Shown: in pieces, positions 1 to 11,409 of the stretch
How positions within the stretch are numbered: position 1 is the stretch's first letter
How the letters are laid out: the number at the start of each line of letters is the position of its first letter
NCBI GenBank assembly: GCA_013265495.1
Contig: MU058059.1
Span: forward strand, 3,449,502-3,513,501
Direction: 5' to 3'
DNA: 64,000 nucleotides
Source: Vicugna vicugna
Lineage: Eukaryota
Notes under the pieces: generated by a model
What the model was told of the DNA's origin: nothing
What the model saw: the letters and a program-made list of their open reading frames with translations, nothing else
The model's database searches: none
Program-made: the position numbers and the translations under genes

Positions 1-29
1 CAGAACAAAGAACTATAAATCATTAAGAA

Positions 30-1030
30 AAGGACAGACAAGGGGCAATATATATGAACAGGCAGCTCATAAAAGAGCATAGCCACGTGGCAAAGAAACA
101 TATGAAATGGTGCTCCATCTCATTTCTTATCAGGGAAATGTAAATTAAAACCATAATGAGATACCGCAAAACACCCATCAGAATAGCAAACAATTTAAGT
201 CTCCTTTCATCTTCAAGGTCAGCAAAGTGGCATCTCTGTGACCATCCCTCCTCAGTCACATCTGACTTCTCTCCCACATTTAAGGACCCATGATGATATG
301 AGCCCGTCTGTGTCACTGGGGTCATCTCTGTCAATATCTGTAACTTAACCACAGCTGCAAAGCCCCTTTGTCACATAAGGTAACATATTCACAGGTTCCA
401 GGAATAAAGAGATGGACATCTTTTTTGGGGGATTGGGTTGTGGTCATTATTCTCCCTACTCCACAGAGCAACACAACTTTTGTACAATGCTCTTGGGAAT
501 GTAAATTGGTACAACCACTTTAAAAAATTATTTGGCAATATTTACTGAAGCCAAACACATGCAGAGCCATTGATCCAGCAATTCCACCCCCAGAAGAAAC
601 GTACATACCATTGTTATCTTTAACAAAGCCCCCAAAGTAGGAAAAATCAAAGTGTCCCTCAACATTTAGAATGGGTACATAGAACTATGGTGTATTCATG
701 TTACGGAATACCATACTGCAACAAAAATGAATGAACCACTGCAACACGCTGTAAAACGAACGCCTCTCACAGACATATGGTTAAATCAAAGCAGGCAGAC
801 TCTGAGGAGTACATTCTGCATGAACCCACCTGTTCAAAATTTTAAAATGGGCAAAATTCATCTTCAGTCTGAGAAGTCAGTTTAGAGGCTCCCTTTGAGG
901 GGTGGATAATGATGGGAAGAAAACTCGAGCAGGGCTTCTGGGTGTTGGTAACTTCTCCTTCCTAACCTGAGTGGAGGTTGCATGTGAGTGAGCTTTCTGT
1001 TCATTTTTCACACTGTCCTCTGATTTGGGC
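30..1030 (+). mobile_element. Old LINE-1 (L1M-type) ORF2 C-terminus and 3' UTR fragment, interrupted by an MLT1 LTR
   Basis: CATATGAAATGGTGCTCC...ATCAGGGAAATGTAAATTAAAACCATAATGAGATACC ([18 protein letters not shown]); TGATCCAGCAATTCCAC at ~571. Confidence 0.85.
200..465 (-). mobile_element. MLT1 (ERVL-MaLR) LTR fragment
   Basis: TAAGGTAACATATTCACAGGTTCCAGG...GGACATC...CATTATTCT is the reverse complement of the MLT1C/D 5' end. Confidence 0.8.
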
Positions 1031-1296
1031 ATTTGTTCCTCTAGGCATGTTTTACTTTTACAAGTTTATTAAGCATGCAAACAGTGCGAATATACTGAAC
1101 ACGACAGAACTGTACACTTAACCATTTTAAGACAGTCAATTTCATAGTGCGTTCCCCACCCCCCACAATTAAAAATAATTTATTAAGAAAAGAATTTGTT
1201 GCCTTTTCCAGAAAAAAATTTGGGTGACAAAAATGTAACCCAGCACCAGCACCTAAGAATTTTAAACACACTAAATTTTTCTTTATGCCATCTTTA

Positions 1297-1400
1297 GGGA
1301 GAAATGAAGTGGAGGAGGAGGAGGAGAGGGAGGGGAGACGAAGGAACGGGGAGGGGGAGGAAGGACAGTAGGAAAGAGGAGGAGGAGGAAGAAAAGAAAA
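1297..1400 (+). repeat. Purine-rich (GGA/GA) low-complexity tract
   Basis: About 100 bp almost entirely G/A. Confidence 0.9.
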
Positions 1401-1493
1401 TGTTTATCTGACTTCACTTGATCGTTTAATAACAGTTTTGCTTTTGAAGCAGAGTGTCCCCAGGGCAGGTTAGAGGCACCTAGTTTTTCTTAC

Positions 1494-1577
1494 CCCGCCC
1501 TGGGGTCTTCACCCTCCTCCCTGATGCTCAAACCCTCCCTCCCGGCCCCACCAGCCCCTCGCGTGGGCGCCTCCACC
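1494..1577 (-). other. Candidate 84-nt exon
   Basis: Minus-strand acceptor TCTTTCTTCTCTCCAGTTTTAG and donor GG|GTAAGA; open only in phase 2 (VEAPTRGAGGAGREGLSIREEGEDPRA). Confidence 0.3.
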
Positions 1578-2384
1578 CTAAAACTGGAGAGAAGAAAGAG
1601 CTCCCGCCTCCACCCTGGGTCTGTGGATGATGAGTGGTCCCCTTGGCTCTTTCGGATGTGGTTTCCAGGTTTGTGAGGTGGAAATAATGAAACAGAAGCG
1701 CCTTTCTCACTGGCCATCGTGAGGATGGAGGAGCTGACACTTGCTGGGGGTGGGCAGCTGGCTCGAGGTGAGGCTCGCTAGTAAACTCCATGGAGGACAA
1801 CGCAGTCGTCACCTGTTGTGCGCACCCAAGTCACGGACGGAAGGAGCAGCGTCGGCACCTCCTGTTGAACTCCCTTCTATTTTTAGCTGTCGCTGCTCTT
1901 CAAACAGAGCGGACAGTCCCCCGATTTAATGGTGCTTCAGGGGGACTGGGTGCCAAGGCTCACACAGCTCTCACTCTGTCTTTCTGCTGGTTTAGAAACA
2001 GACAATGCGTCTCTTAGGGACGCAAAGGAGTTGGACTCCAGCCTCGGTGATATTTAACTTCAGCCCAATTTCAGCCTGGGTGGCAGCCCCGCCCATTTCA
2101 TGTCATTCCCCACATCCCTGACATTGCGCTGCTCGGTGACCACCTGTGCGCATGGGTCCTCATCGCACCCAGTGTGATGGTGCCAATAACTGTGCTATGT
2201 CTCTGTTATTATCTGAAAGTACCCTTTAAAATATAATTAAGCAGTCTAAGTATAACTTGGAGGAACATCTCATGTGCTTCCTATGCTGAAATTCTGTCCA
2301 ACAAAGTTCTACATAAGCTTACAATCACCGGAGCAGATGCCACAGCATCAGTAAGTGTTGTGAGAGCTATTACTCACCACCTGA

Positions 2385-2460
2385 TTTTTTTTTTAAGGGC
2401 GGTACTGGGGATTGAACCCAGGACCTCACGCATGCTAAGCACTCACTCTACAACTGAGCT
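2385..2460 (-). mobile_element. tRNA-Ala-derived SINE (camelid Vic-1-like), 5'-truncated
   Basis: GGTACTGGGGATTGAACCCAGGACCTCACGCATGCTAAGC preceded by poly-T. Confidence 0.9.
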
Positions 2461-2877
2461 GTTATTTAAAAGTATTTTAGATAGTTAATTTTAGAAAGAA
2501 CTTTCAGAGCCAAATTTTTATTAATTTAATTGCTAACATAAAGTAATAGTGATTATATCAAGATTTCAAGCTTTTCAGAATTTTGTTGTACTCTGCAATT
2601 TTATCCTTAAACAACAACAACAAAAAAACAGTCTGTAAGAACTGCATTTGATTTTTAAGGTTTAAAAAATTCCCTTTAAACCTAGACTCTTTTGGCCAAA
2701 AGTCCTATTTGAAAGTACCGCACATCTCATGAGAGTGACATTGAAATCATAATGACAACTCTGCCATCTCAATCGTACAAAGAGGAAAAAATCCAGAAGA
2801 ACATACCGTAAATCCATAACGAACTACCTTTAATCCAAATAGATATGCTAAAGTGTCCAAACAGCAGGAAGAAAAGA

Positions 2878-3737
2878 AATAGAGAGCAAATGAAAGCTAC
2901 AATGAGGTATCACCTCACACCAGTCAGAATGGCTGTCATTCAAAAGTCCACAAATGATAAGTGCTGGAGATGCTGTAGAGAAAGGAAACCCTCCTATTCT
3001 GCTGGTGGGAATGCAGTTTGCTGCAGCCATTATGGAAAACGGTATGGAGATTCCTCAAAAAACTAAAAATAGACTTACCATATGATCCAGCAATCCCACC
3101 CATGAGCATATTATCTGGAGGGAACTAATTCAAAAAGATACATACATCCTAATGTTCATAGGAACACTATTTACAATAGCCAAGACATGGAAACAATCCA
3201 AGTGTCCATCTACAGATGACTGATAAAGAAGTTGTGGTATATTTACACAATGGAATACTATTCAGCCATAAAAAATAATGCCATCTGCAGCAACATGAAT
3301 GGACCTAGAGATCATCATTCTAAGTGAAGTAAGCCAGAAAGACAAAGAAAAATACCATATATCACATCACTCATATGTGGAATCTAAAAAAAAAAAAGGA
3401 CACTAATGAACTCATTTACAAAATAGAAACAGACTTGCAGACATAGTAAACAATCTTATGGTTACTAGGGGAAAGGGGGTGGGAAGGGATAAATTTGGGA
3501 GTTTGAGATTTCCAAATGTTAGCCACTATCTATCTATCTATATAAACAGATTAAAAAAACAAGTTTCTTCTGTATAGCACAGGGAACTATATTCAGTATC
3601 TTGCAATAACCTTTAATGAAAAAGAATATGGAAACAAAGATATGTATGTATATGCATAACTGGGATATTGTGCTGTACACCAGAAATTGACACAGTGAAC
3701 TGACTCTACTTCACTTTAAAAAAAAAGGAAGAGAAAA
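2878..3737 (+). mobile_element. Young LINE-1 3' end (ORF2 C-terminus, 3' UTR, A-tail)
   Basis: ORF 2845..3066 contains [26 protein letters not shown]-rich tail ~3718-3737. Confidence 0.95.
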
Positions 3738-4029
3738 ACTAGATATCCCAAATACATTTTGTTCCTTCTAATAAACTTAAAAATAGATGCCCAAGAATAC
3801 TTCCAAGACTTTGATAACTATGTAAGTTAAAAAAGCTAAAGCTCTAAACTGTTCTTAGAAACAGTGAACAACAGTACATATGTGTAAATTTTTTAAAAAC
3901 TTACATTTTTATAACAAAAAAGAATACTTCCAAGAAAACAATTCTTTATAGACTTGTACCCATAGAAATTACACATTAAAATAAAAAAGCTTATCAAAAT
4001 GTTTGCTGTGGTCTGCCAAGCATGTTTTC

Positions 4030-4230
4030 TGTAACTGAAGGTATTTTTGTGATTTTCCAAAGTCCCCAGTTCCTTCAAGCAAATATGGTTCTGAAAATCA
4101 TTTTCCCAAATTATATTCTGTTATGCACAGTTAGGTGCAGGTGACAATTTCGTCTCATTAATGTGCAGTAGAGTGACTGCAGAAGTGATTTCGCAGATGA
4201 CAACATTGACAAATTTTGTTTTTGCACTAA
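4030..4230 (+). mobile_element. Possible decayed hAT transposase C-terminal (dimerisation domain) fossil
   Basis: 4066-4113 translates PVPSSKYGSENHFPKL (cf. hAT P.SS..sERsFS.L); 4196-4216 translates DDNIDKF (cf. D.IID.F); stops and frameshifts between. Confidence 0.35.
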
Positions 4231-4691
4231 AATGTCAAATTTTAAACATCGGTTACTAAAATATTTAAGGATAAAATTACAACCTAGTTAAATTTTTTAT
4301 AACTCATCATTTATTTTTGTACTCTTGAAGCTTAATCTGTGATGGTGAGATTCAGCTTCCACCTTAGCTCTGAATAAAGCTGGAATTCTCCCAGATTTGG
4401 CTGAATGTGGTTTTTAAGATTTGGCCATTTGGTGTTTGGCCATGATAGGTATTCAGTGCATTGTTCCAATGTACATAATGAATAAATATGGCTTATAAAT
4501 GCATATTTACATGCATGTCGCATGATTATCTACAGTTTATTTTTCCTCAACATCTCCCAAATCAATGTGGATTGATGAGGGACATGAGTTTGGGATAAGA
4601 TGAAAATATTTGTTACATATATATTAAAGAGCTATAAAAAAGGAGTTTTCTTGAATGACAGTAAATCTTATCTTACATATTTGGTCAGCAG

Positions 4692-5395
4692 TGGACTTGA
4701 ATAGACAATAGAAGATATACAAATGGCCAATAAGCACATGAAAAGATGCTCAGTATCACTATCAAGGAAACGCAGATCAAAACCACAATGAGATACCATT
4801 TCACTGATTAAAATGGCTATTATTAAAAAAGAAAAGCAGAAAGAAAGAAAATAACAACCATTGACAAGGATGTGGAGAAACTGGAACCCTCACACATTGC
4901 TGGTGAGAATGTAAAATGGTGCAGCTGCTGTGGAAAACCATATGGTGGTTTCTAAAGAAACTGAATGCAGGATCTCCATAAAATCCAGCAATTCCACTTC
5001 TGGGTATAGACCCAAAAGAACTGAAAGCAAGGTCTCAAGCAGGTATTTGCACACCCATGTTCACAGCGGCCCTATTCACAAGAGCCAAAAGGTAGAAGCA
5101 ACCCGAGTGTCCACTGACGGATGAATGGGTAAACACAATGTGGTCCATTCATACAATGGAGTATTATTCAGCCTTAAAAGGAAATTCTATCACATGCTAC
5201 ATCATGGATGGATCTTGAAGACATTCTACTAAGTGAAAGATGCCAGTAACACAAAAAATACTGTATGATTCCATTTATACGAAGTGCCTAGATTAGTCAA
5301 ATTCCTAGAGAGTTTCAATTGAGAAAATGTGCTGATGGTTGCTCAACAGTGTGAATGAACTTAATGCCACTGAACTGTATATTAAGGATGATAAA
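4692..5395 (+). mobile_element. Older LINE-1 (L1MB-like) 3' end
   Basis: AAATGGCCAATAAGCACATGAAAAGATGCTC...GTGAATGAACTTAATGCCACTGAACTGTA. Confidence 0.9.
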
Positions 5396-5401
5396 CCATG
5401 C

Positions 5402-5477
5402 GGGGAGGGTATAGCTCAGTGGTAGAGCATGTACTTAGCATGCACGAGGTCCTGGGTTGGATCCTCCAATACCTCCA
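5402..5477 (+). mobile_element. tRNA-Ala-derived SINE (Vic-1-like)
   Basis: GGGGAGGGTATAGCTCAGTGGTAGAGCATGTACTTAGCATGCACGAGGTCCTGGGTT; Pol III A box intact, B box degenerate. Confidence 0.92.
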
Positions 5478-5529
5478 CTGTCATAAGTCACAATCCACTA
5501 TCACAAATCAATTAAGTTAGAATATCCCC

Positions 5530-6832
5530 TCACATCTCACACACAAATAAACACAAAATGGCTTAAAGACTTAACCATAAGACAAGACACTATAAACCTC
5601 TTAGAAGAAAACATAGGTAAAATATTTTCCAATGTAAATCTTAGCAATGTTCTCCTAGGGCAGTCTACCTACGTAATAGAAATAAAAGCAAAAATAAACA
5701 AATGGGACCCAATCAAACTTAACAAGTTTTAGCACAGTAAAGGAAACCATAAGTAAAACGCAGACAACCTTGGGAATGGGAGAAAGTATTTGCAAATGAT
5801 GCGACTGACAGAGGCTTAATTTCCAGAATATATAAACAGATCATACAACTTATTCACAACAACAAAAATACAACCCAATCCAAGAATGGGCAGAAGATCT
5901 AAACAAGAAATTCTCCAATGAAGACACATAAATGGCCAATGGGCACATGAAAAATGTTCAACATCCCTAGTTATCAGAGAAATGCAAATCAAAACTACAA
6001 TGAGGTATCACCTCACATCAGTCAGAATGGCCATCATTCAAAAGTCCACAAATGATAAATGCTAGATGGGGTGTGGAGAAAAGGGAACCCTCCTACACTG
6101 TTGGTAGGAATGCAGTTTGGTTCAGCCATTAAGGAAAACAGTATGGATATGCCTCAAAAGACTAAAGATAGATTCACCATATGATCTAGCAATCCCACTC
6201 CTGGGCATATATCCAAAGGGAACTCTAATTTGAAAAGATACATGCACCCCAATATTCATAGCAGCACTATTTACAATAGGCGAGATATGGAAGCAACCTA
6301 AATATCCACTGACAGGTGACTACATAAAGAAGTCGTGGTGTACACACACACACACACACACAGAGAATGGAATACTACTCGGCCATAAAAAGAATGAAAT
6401 ATTACCATTTGCAGCAACATGGATGGACCTGGAAATTGTCATACTAAGTAAAGTCAGTCAGGGAAAAAATACCATATGATACCACTCATATGCGGAATCT
6501 ACAAAAAAAAAGAACACAAATGAACTTACTTATAAAATAGAAACAGATTCACAGACATAGAGAATAACACTGTGGTTAGCGGGGGAAAAGGGGGATGGGA
6601 GGGATAAATTGTGAGTCCAAGATTTGCAGATACTAACTCCAATATATACATAATAAACAAGTTTCTTCTGTTTAGCACAGGGAACTATATTCCATATCTT
6701 GTAGTAACCTATAATGTAAAAGAATATGAAGAGGAATGTATGTATCTGTATGACTGAAGCATCATGCTGTACACCAGAAATTGACACAACATTATAAACT
6801 GACTATACTTCAATTTTAAAAACTAAAAAAAA
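5530..6832 (+). mobile_element. Young LINE-1 3' portion
   Basis: ORF2 C-terminal motifs plus the same 3' UTR as 2878-3737; A-rich tail. Confidence 0.95.
6342..6362 (+). repeat. (CA)n microsatellite within L1
   Basis: About 10 perfect CA units. Confidence 0.95.
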
Positions 6833-7079
6833 TCTAATTATCCCCAAATAAGAAAATAATAAATCTTATGCATACTTTACTAATAAAATTATTTTATACT
6901 AAAAATGTATATGTAGTATATATATTTCTTTGACAAAATGGGCAGGGTGGGAACGAGGGGTTTCTGAAGAAGTAAGGGGGTAAAGAACAGAGACTGAGGG
7001 GCTCTGACTTTGGAGCTGAAGCTTTTTCCTTGTGCACCAGGTGCATAAAGTAGAAAGACGTTTCTCTGAAAGTTTTCCT

Positions 7080-7464
7080 GTTTTTATTTTATCGAAGCAG
7101 TCAGTTTCAGTGTGTCAATTTCTCATGTACAGCACAATGTCCCAGGTATGCATGTACATACATATGTTCTTTATCATATTCTCTCTCATTAAAGGTTATT
7201 ACAAGATATTGAATACATTTCCCTGTGCTATACAACAGAAACTTAGTTTTTTCTTTAATCCATTTTTATACACAGTGGCTAACATTTCCAATTCTCAAAC
7301 TCCCAAATTTATTCCTTCTCACCCCATTTCCCAGGTGACCATAAAGTTGTTTACTATGTCTGCAAGTCTGTTTTGTAGATGAGTTCATAGTGTCCTTTAT
7401 AAAATTTTTTTAGATTTCACATATGAGTGATATCATATGGCTTTTTTCTCTTTCCTGCTTACTT
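7080..7464 (-). mobile_element. Young LINE-1 3' UTR
   Basis: Reverse complement of the L1 tail (CAGTCAG..GTGTCAATTTC..TGTACAGCA; TTCCCTGTGCTATACA; TAGATTTCACATATGAGTGAT). Confidence 0.92.
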
Positions 7465-9089
7465 CCGGAAGATCTTAATGGCCCAGCACCAGCCAGCAGC
7501 TCAGAGCCCAGGGCTGAGATTGACGCTGAGACAGATAAGCCACTTTAGGTGGTCGGAGACCAGAAGGTCTTGTGGGGGGACCCACAGTGGGGCTTTCAGT
7601 GGGGGTTCCAAAGTGAAAAACTGGGCCACGTGAGCCTTAATTGGATCAAGGGGAGGAGTCAGGCAGGGAACCTAGTGGGAGTGGTGGGGGAAGGGGTAAC
7701 AAGCCCAACCAGGTCTGCAGTATGTGACAGGCTGTGAGTTCACTGCAGGACTTTCTCTTAATCCTAGGAACAGGGGAGACACCGAGGTCCATCCTGGGGG
7801 CACAGGAGCCACTCAAATGATTATGCACGTCAGAAAAGCTGTTTCATCTGGGCCATGGTCTGTGTTCAGACGCGGTCCCTGCCAGTGGCAGTCAGAGCTG
7901 CTCAGTGGATCCACCTGACAGAAGATGTAACGCACCTGATGGAGGTTCGCAGCTGACACTGCTTTAGAGAGCAGTGCTGAGCCGGAGGCTTTATGGAGCC
8001 TGGCCTGTGAGGGCTGAGCCTGCAAAGGGCCCAGTCTCCACAACCTGCTCGAAGGTTCTGTACCTCCTCTGGCCTCCCTGTCTCCACCCCCCAGCTCTAA
8101 CTTGGAGTCTCCCTGACTTAACTCTGCCTGGTCTCCACGGCTCTGCAAGTCACCCCTCAAGGATGCTGCATCATGGGTCCCCGGAGCTCTCTGGAGTTGG
8201 GCCCTTAAACACCTCTCACCGAGCCAGACCCACATGCCCAGGACCCACTCATTCTTCTAGGGCAGAGCCAGCATCCTTCTTGTCAAAGAGCACCAGCGCT
8301 CGCGGGAGATGTGGACGGACAAGTAAACCTTTCTCTCAATTTATTCTCTGGAAGTCCTAGCCTCAGATGGAGGTAAATGTCCAAGAACCAAGGCCACTAC
8401 ATAAACAATATCCATTCAGAAAAATCTTTACCAAGTGCCTTCCATATGCTTCAGGATGGGGGTTCTGTACCTCCCAGTCCAGAGACAATAAAGAGAAAAA
8501 CAACTGTGATAAAATGAGTAATGTGTTCTCAGAGCACTCAGGGGAATCTGAAAAGACTGGGCAACAAAATACATGCTCTGAGGTCCTAGGTGGAGCGTGC
8601 TCTGGGTGGGCAGCGCTGGGAGGGTCCACCCTTGTGGACCTGGGCCACCTAGTAGCAGGCATCTGGGCCTCCGTTTGCTGCGTCCTCTGCGAGAGGGGAG
8701 GGGCTGGAGACAGGGGGTGGGCTGGGCAGAAGGGATTGATGGGGAATGGGGCCGGACAGAGAGGGAGTGGAGGTGGGGGAGGAACTGGGCGCTGGCCTCA
8801 GCTCTCTGTAGGTAGTGGGTTTAGGAGCAAGATGCCTGGAAGATGCGGTGACCTAAACCACCACCATCACCACCCCCCTCCTTTGGTTGCACCCAGAATC
8901 GTGCCTCTAGCCCCCACCCTCTGTGACCAAGGCCCAGGTCAGCTCACCGCGGTTTCTGGAGACCAGCGAGCCTACCTGCCCTGCTCACCCCTGCGGCTTC
9001 CTCCTGAGATTCTCCTGAAACTCAAAACAGTTGCACTTCAAGGAGCAGAGAGGCCAGGCCTGTGGTTGTTCCCTGCTCCGGCTGAGGAA

Positions 9090-9800
9090 ACTTAAGGACC
9101 GCTCGGAACTAGTCTTGGAGGCCGTCCGACCGCCTCTCAAGTGCAGCTGGGACTGGTGGCGCCTCCTCCGAGCGCATGGCCGGCTCATGTCAGAGCGCCT
9201 GGCCTCCTCCCGCCTCTCGCCATGACCAAGACGCTGAAAACACCAACCTTTCAGGTTCCCCCAGATCACAAGCCTGGAGGTCAACAGGGAGTGTAAGCGC
9301 ATCATAAAGTTACTTGGAGCTGGGGGTGGGAGCTCAGCGTCAGCGCGCGCGCTCCGCGGGCCGGGGGCCCGGGTCTCCGTCTCCAGTGTCTCCGCGAGAA
9401 AAACAAAAGTTCTGCAGTTTTTGGAGTCGCAGCCACCTGATATTTCCGAGCGGGGGCGGGCGCGGAGGACCCCAGCCAGCAGGACCAGCGCTGGGTGAGG
9501 GCCGCGCAGGCCGGCTCTATCCGCGCGACGCGGAGCCGACCCGGCGCCCAATCCCCGCTCCCCACGCTCCGGCGGCTTCGAGCTGCATTTGGCTCAGCTG
9601 TGAAGCGGGCACGTGCGGTCAGTTGGCCTGATTAGCAAAAGCGCGGCCTGTAACCCGACACACAGCGGGTGCGAAATAAACGTCAGTTTGATTCCTTTGC
9701 TTCTATCCACACCGCCTGCCCGGGACACGGGGCAGCAGCCCGCTTACTAGGGCTGCCGTTGGTCGCTGCTCCACGTCCTCATTCGCTACTCCGGGTCACT
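9090..9800. promoter_or_regulatory. CpG island, probable promoter
   Basis: Sharp local CpG/GC enrichment (e.g. GCGCGCGC, CCGCGCGACGCGG), GC box GGGGCGGG ~9452 and E-box CACGTG ~9610 in an otherwise CpG-depleted background. Confidence 0.85.
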
Positions 9801-10714
9801 ACCTACAAAGGACACTTAACAGGACTCTGTACACCGGAGACTAACTCAACATTGTAAATCAACCATACTTTAATTCAAAGAGAACTCATAGGACTGCCTG
9901 AGTCCAGAGCAGCCAAGTGCCCAATAAAATAATCCTTTTCTCACTTCACAGTTGGTGAAGCCCCTGTGTAAGATCTCCGTGTTAATCCAAACAGCCTGTG
10001 AGCCAAAGGGCAGGTGTTAGCTCCAATTTACTGATGACGGGCCCAACACTTGGAACCTGAGGAGACAGGTTAGGCTGCGAGAGTGTCAGTGACTGAAACC
10101 CAGTCCTTCTCAATCAGAGGTTTTAAAGTAGGTACACACATTTGAAAGTAGGTATGTAGGCAACATTGAAGAAAAAAGGAACCCTGTAATTTTGAATTTT
10201 AAATAACCTGCTAGTTTAGCAGGATGAAAAGATTCCTTATAAACCTGTTTCAGTTAATCTGTGACCGCTGACCCACAGTCACAGCCTACTGTGAAAAGTC
10301 TATCAAAACAGCACACCTGTGGTTTGCCGGCAGGCCTGACCACGCGGTGTAAGCGCAGAGACTGTGCCAGTGGACTGTGTTTCCATGTCCAGTCCCACGT
10401 CTGCTGGTCACTCAACCCCTAACTCGTCCACCACGTCTGTCTCAGACTGGAGGACCAGCACAAGGATGTGTTAGTGATTTCCGGAGCATGTTTATTTCAA
10501 TTGTATTTGTTGACTAAAGAGAAGATGCGTCTTTAAGGACATGATGTATCTCAACAAGCACCACAATGAGAAGACTATGTACCTGACGTGCTTGAGTTTC
10601 TGAGGGACTCGGTCTCTGGCCAGGGAACTTAGCTGTCTACTGAGTGCGCTGCAAGATTCTTCTGTCAGTGGATCTCATACTGTAGCTTCTGCAGAACCGC
10701 TGCTGGGCTTTCCA

Positions 10715-10800
10715 AAAGCACAGACAGCTGGGCCCCACCTCAGAGTTTCTGATTCAGCAGGTTGGGGGGGAGGGGCCTGGGAATGTGTATTTCTGACATC
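10715..10800. mobile_element. MER5A-like hAT-Charlie fragment
   Basis: GCTGGGCCCCACCTCAGAGTTTCTGATTCAGCAGGT...GGGGCCTGGGAATGTGTATTTCT. Confidence 0.75.
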
Positions 10801-11274
10801 AGCCAGGTCCGGAGGCCCGACTCGGAGGACGAATGACACACACAATGCCTGTGATGAGCGGGTGGACGAATCTCACACGTTTGCATTAAAACCAGTGGCT
10901 TCTTTTCAAATTTTCAGACTTTTTCTTCCTAAATAGAACACATATTACCTGGCAATGAGAAAGTTTAAAAAATAGAAAGGGTGGCATCTGGAGATGCTCA
11001 GAATTTCATGGAAGAAGAATGTATGGTTGTTTCCAGAGGAGACACCTTTGAACTGAAAGAAACAGGAGCAATAAACCAGGAGGCTGGTGGTCAGAATCCC
11101 TTCAGACCCAGCTAAATAGCCCCTGGGCAGGACAAGGCTGGGCACAGGCTGCATCATTGGATCAGGGCCAAGGGATCAACCTCTTTTTCCCTAATTAGCA
11201 GCAGCATTTACAGCTTTTCGTGAAGAATGAAAAGCAGTTGAAAAACACAGCAACTGAATAACACTGCATTACAC

Positions 11275-11409
11275 TTTTTAAAAAAAATTTATTTAATTTT
11301 GTGGGGGAAGGAAGTAACCTGGTTTATTGTTAGAGGAGGTACTGGGGGTTGAACGGAAGACCTCGTTCATGCTAAGTATGTGCTCTACCATTGAGCTCTA
11401 CCCTCCCCC
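11275..11409 (-). mobile_element. tRNA-Ala-derived SINE (Vic-1-like) with tail
   Basis: GGAGGTACTGGGGGTTGAAC...GCTCTACCATTGAGCTCTACCCTCCCC. Confidence 0.9.

Noticed and set aside
3905..4090. Minus-strand exon open in phase 0 with a GTAAGT donor
   Set aside because: Poor pyrimidine tract, AT-rich low-information peptide, and it overlaps the putative plus-strand hAT fossil
8367..9095. Longest ORF (242 aa, includes a poly-His run)
   Set aside because: GC-rich island flank with low stop density; no recognisable domain
8985..9631. Overlapping 87-188 aa ORFs across the CpG island
   Set aside because: Expected by chance in high-GC sequence; only the spliced variant is kept as a weak hypothesis
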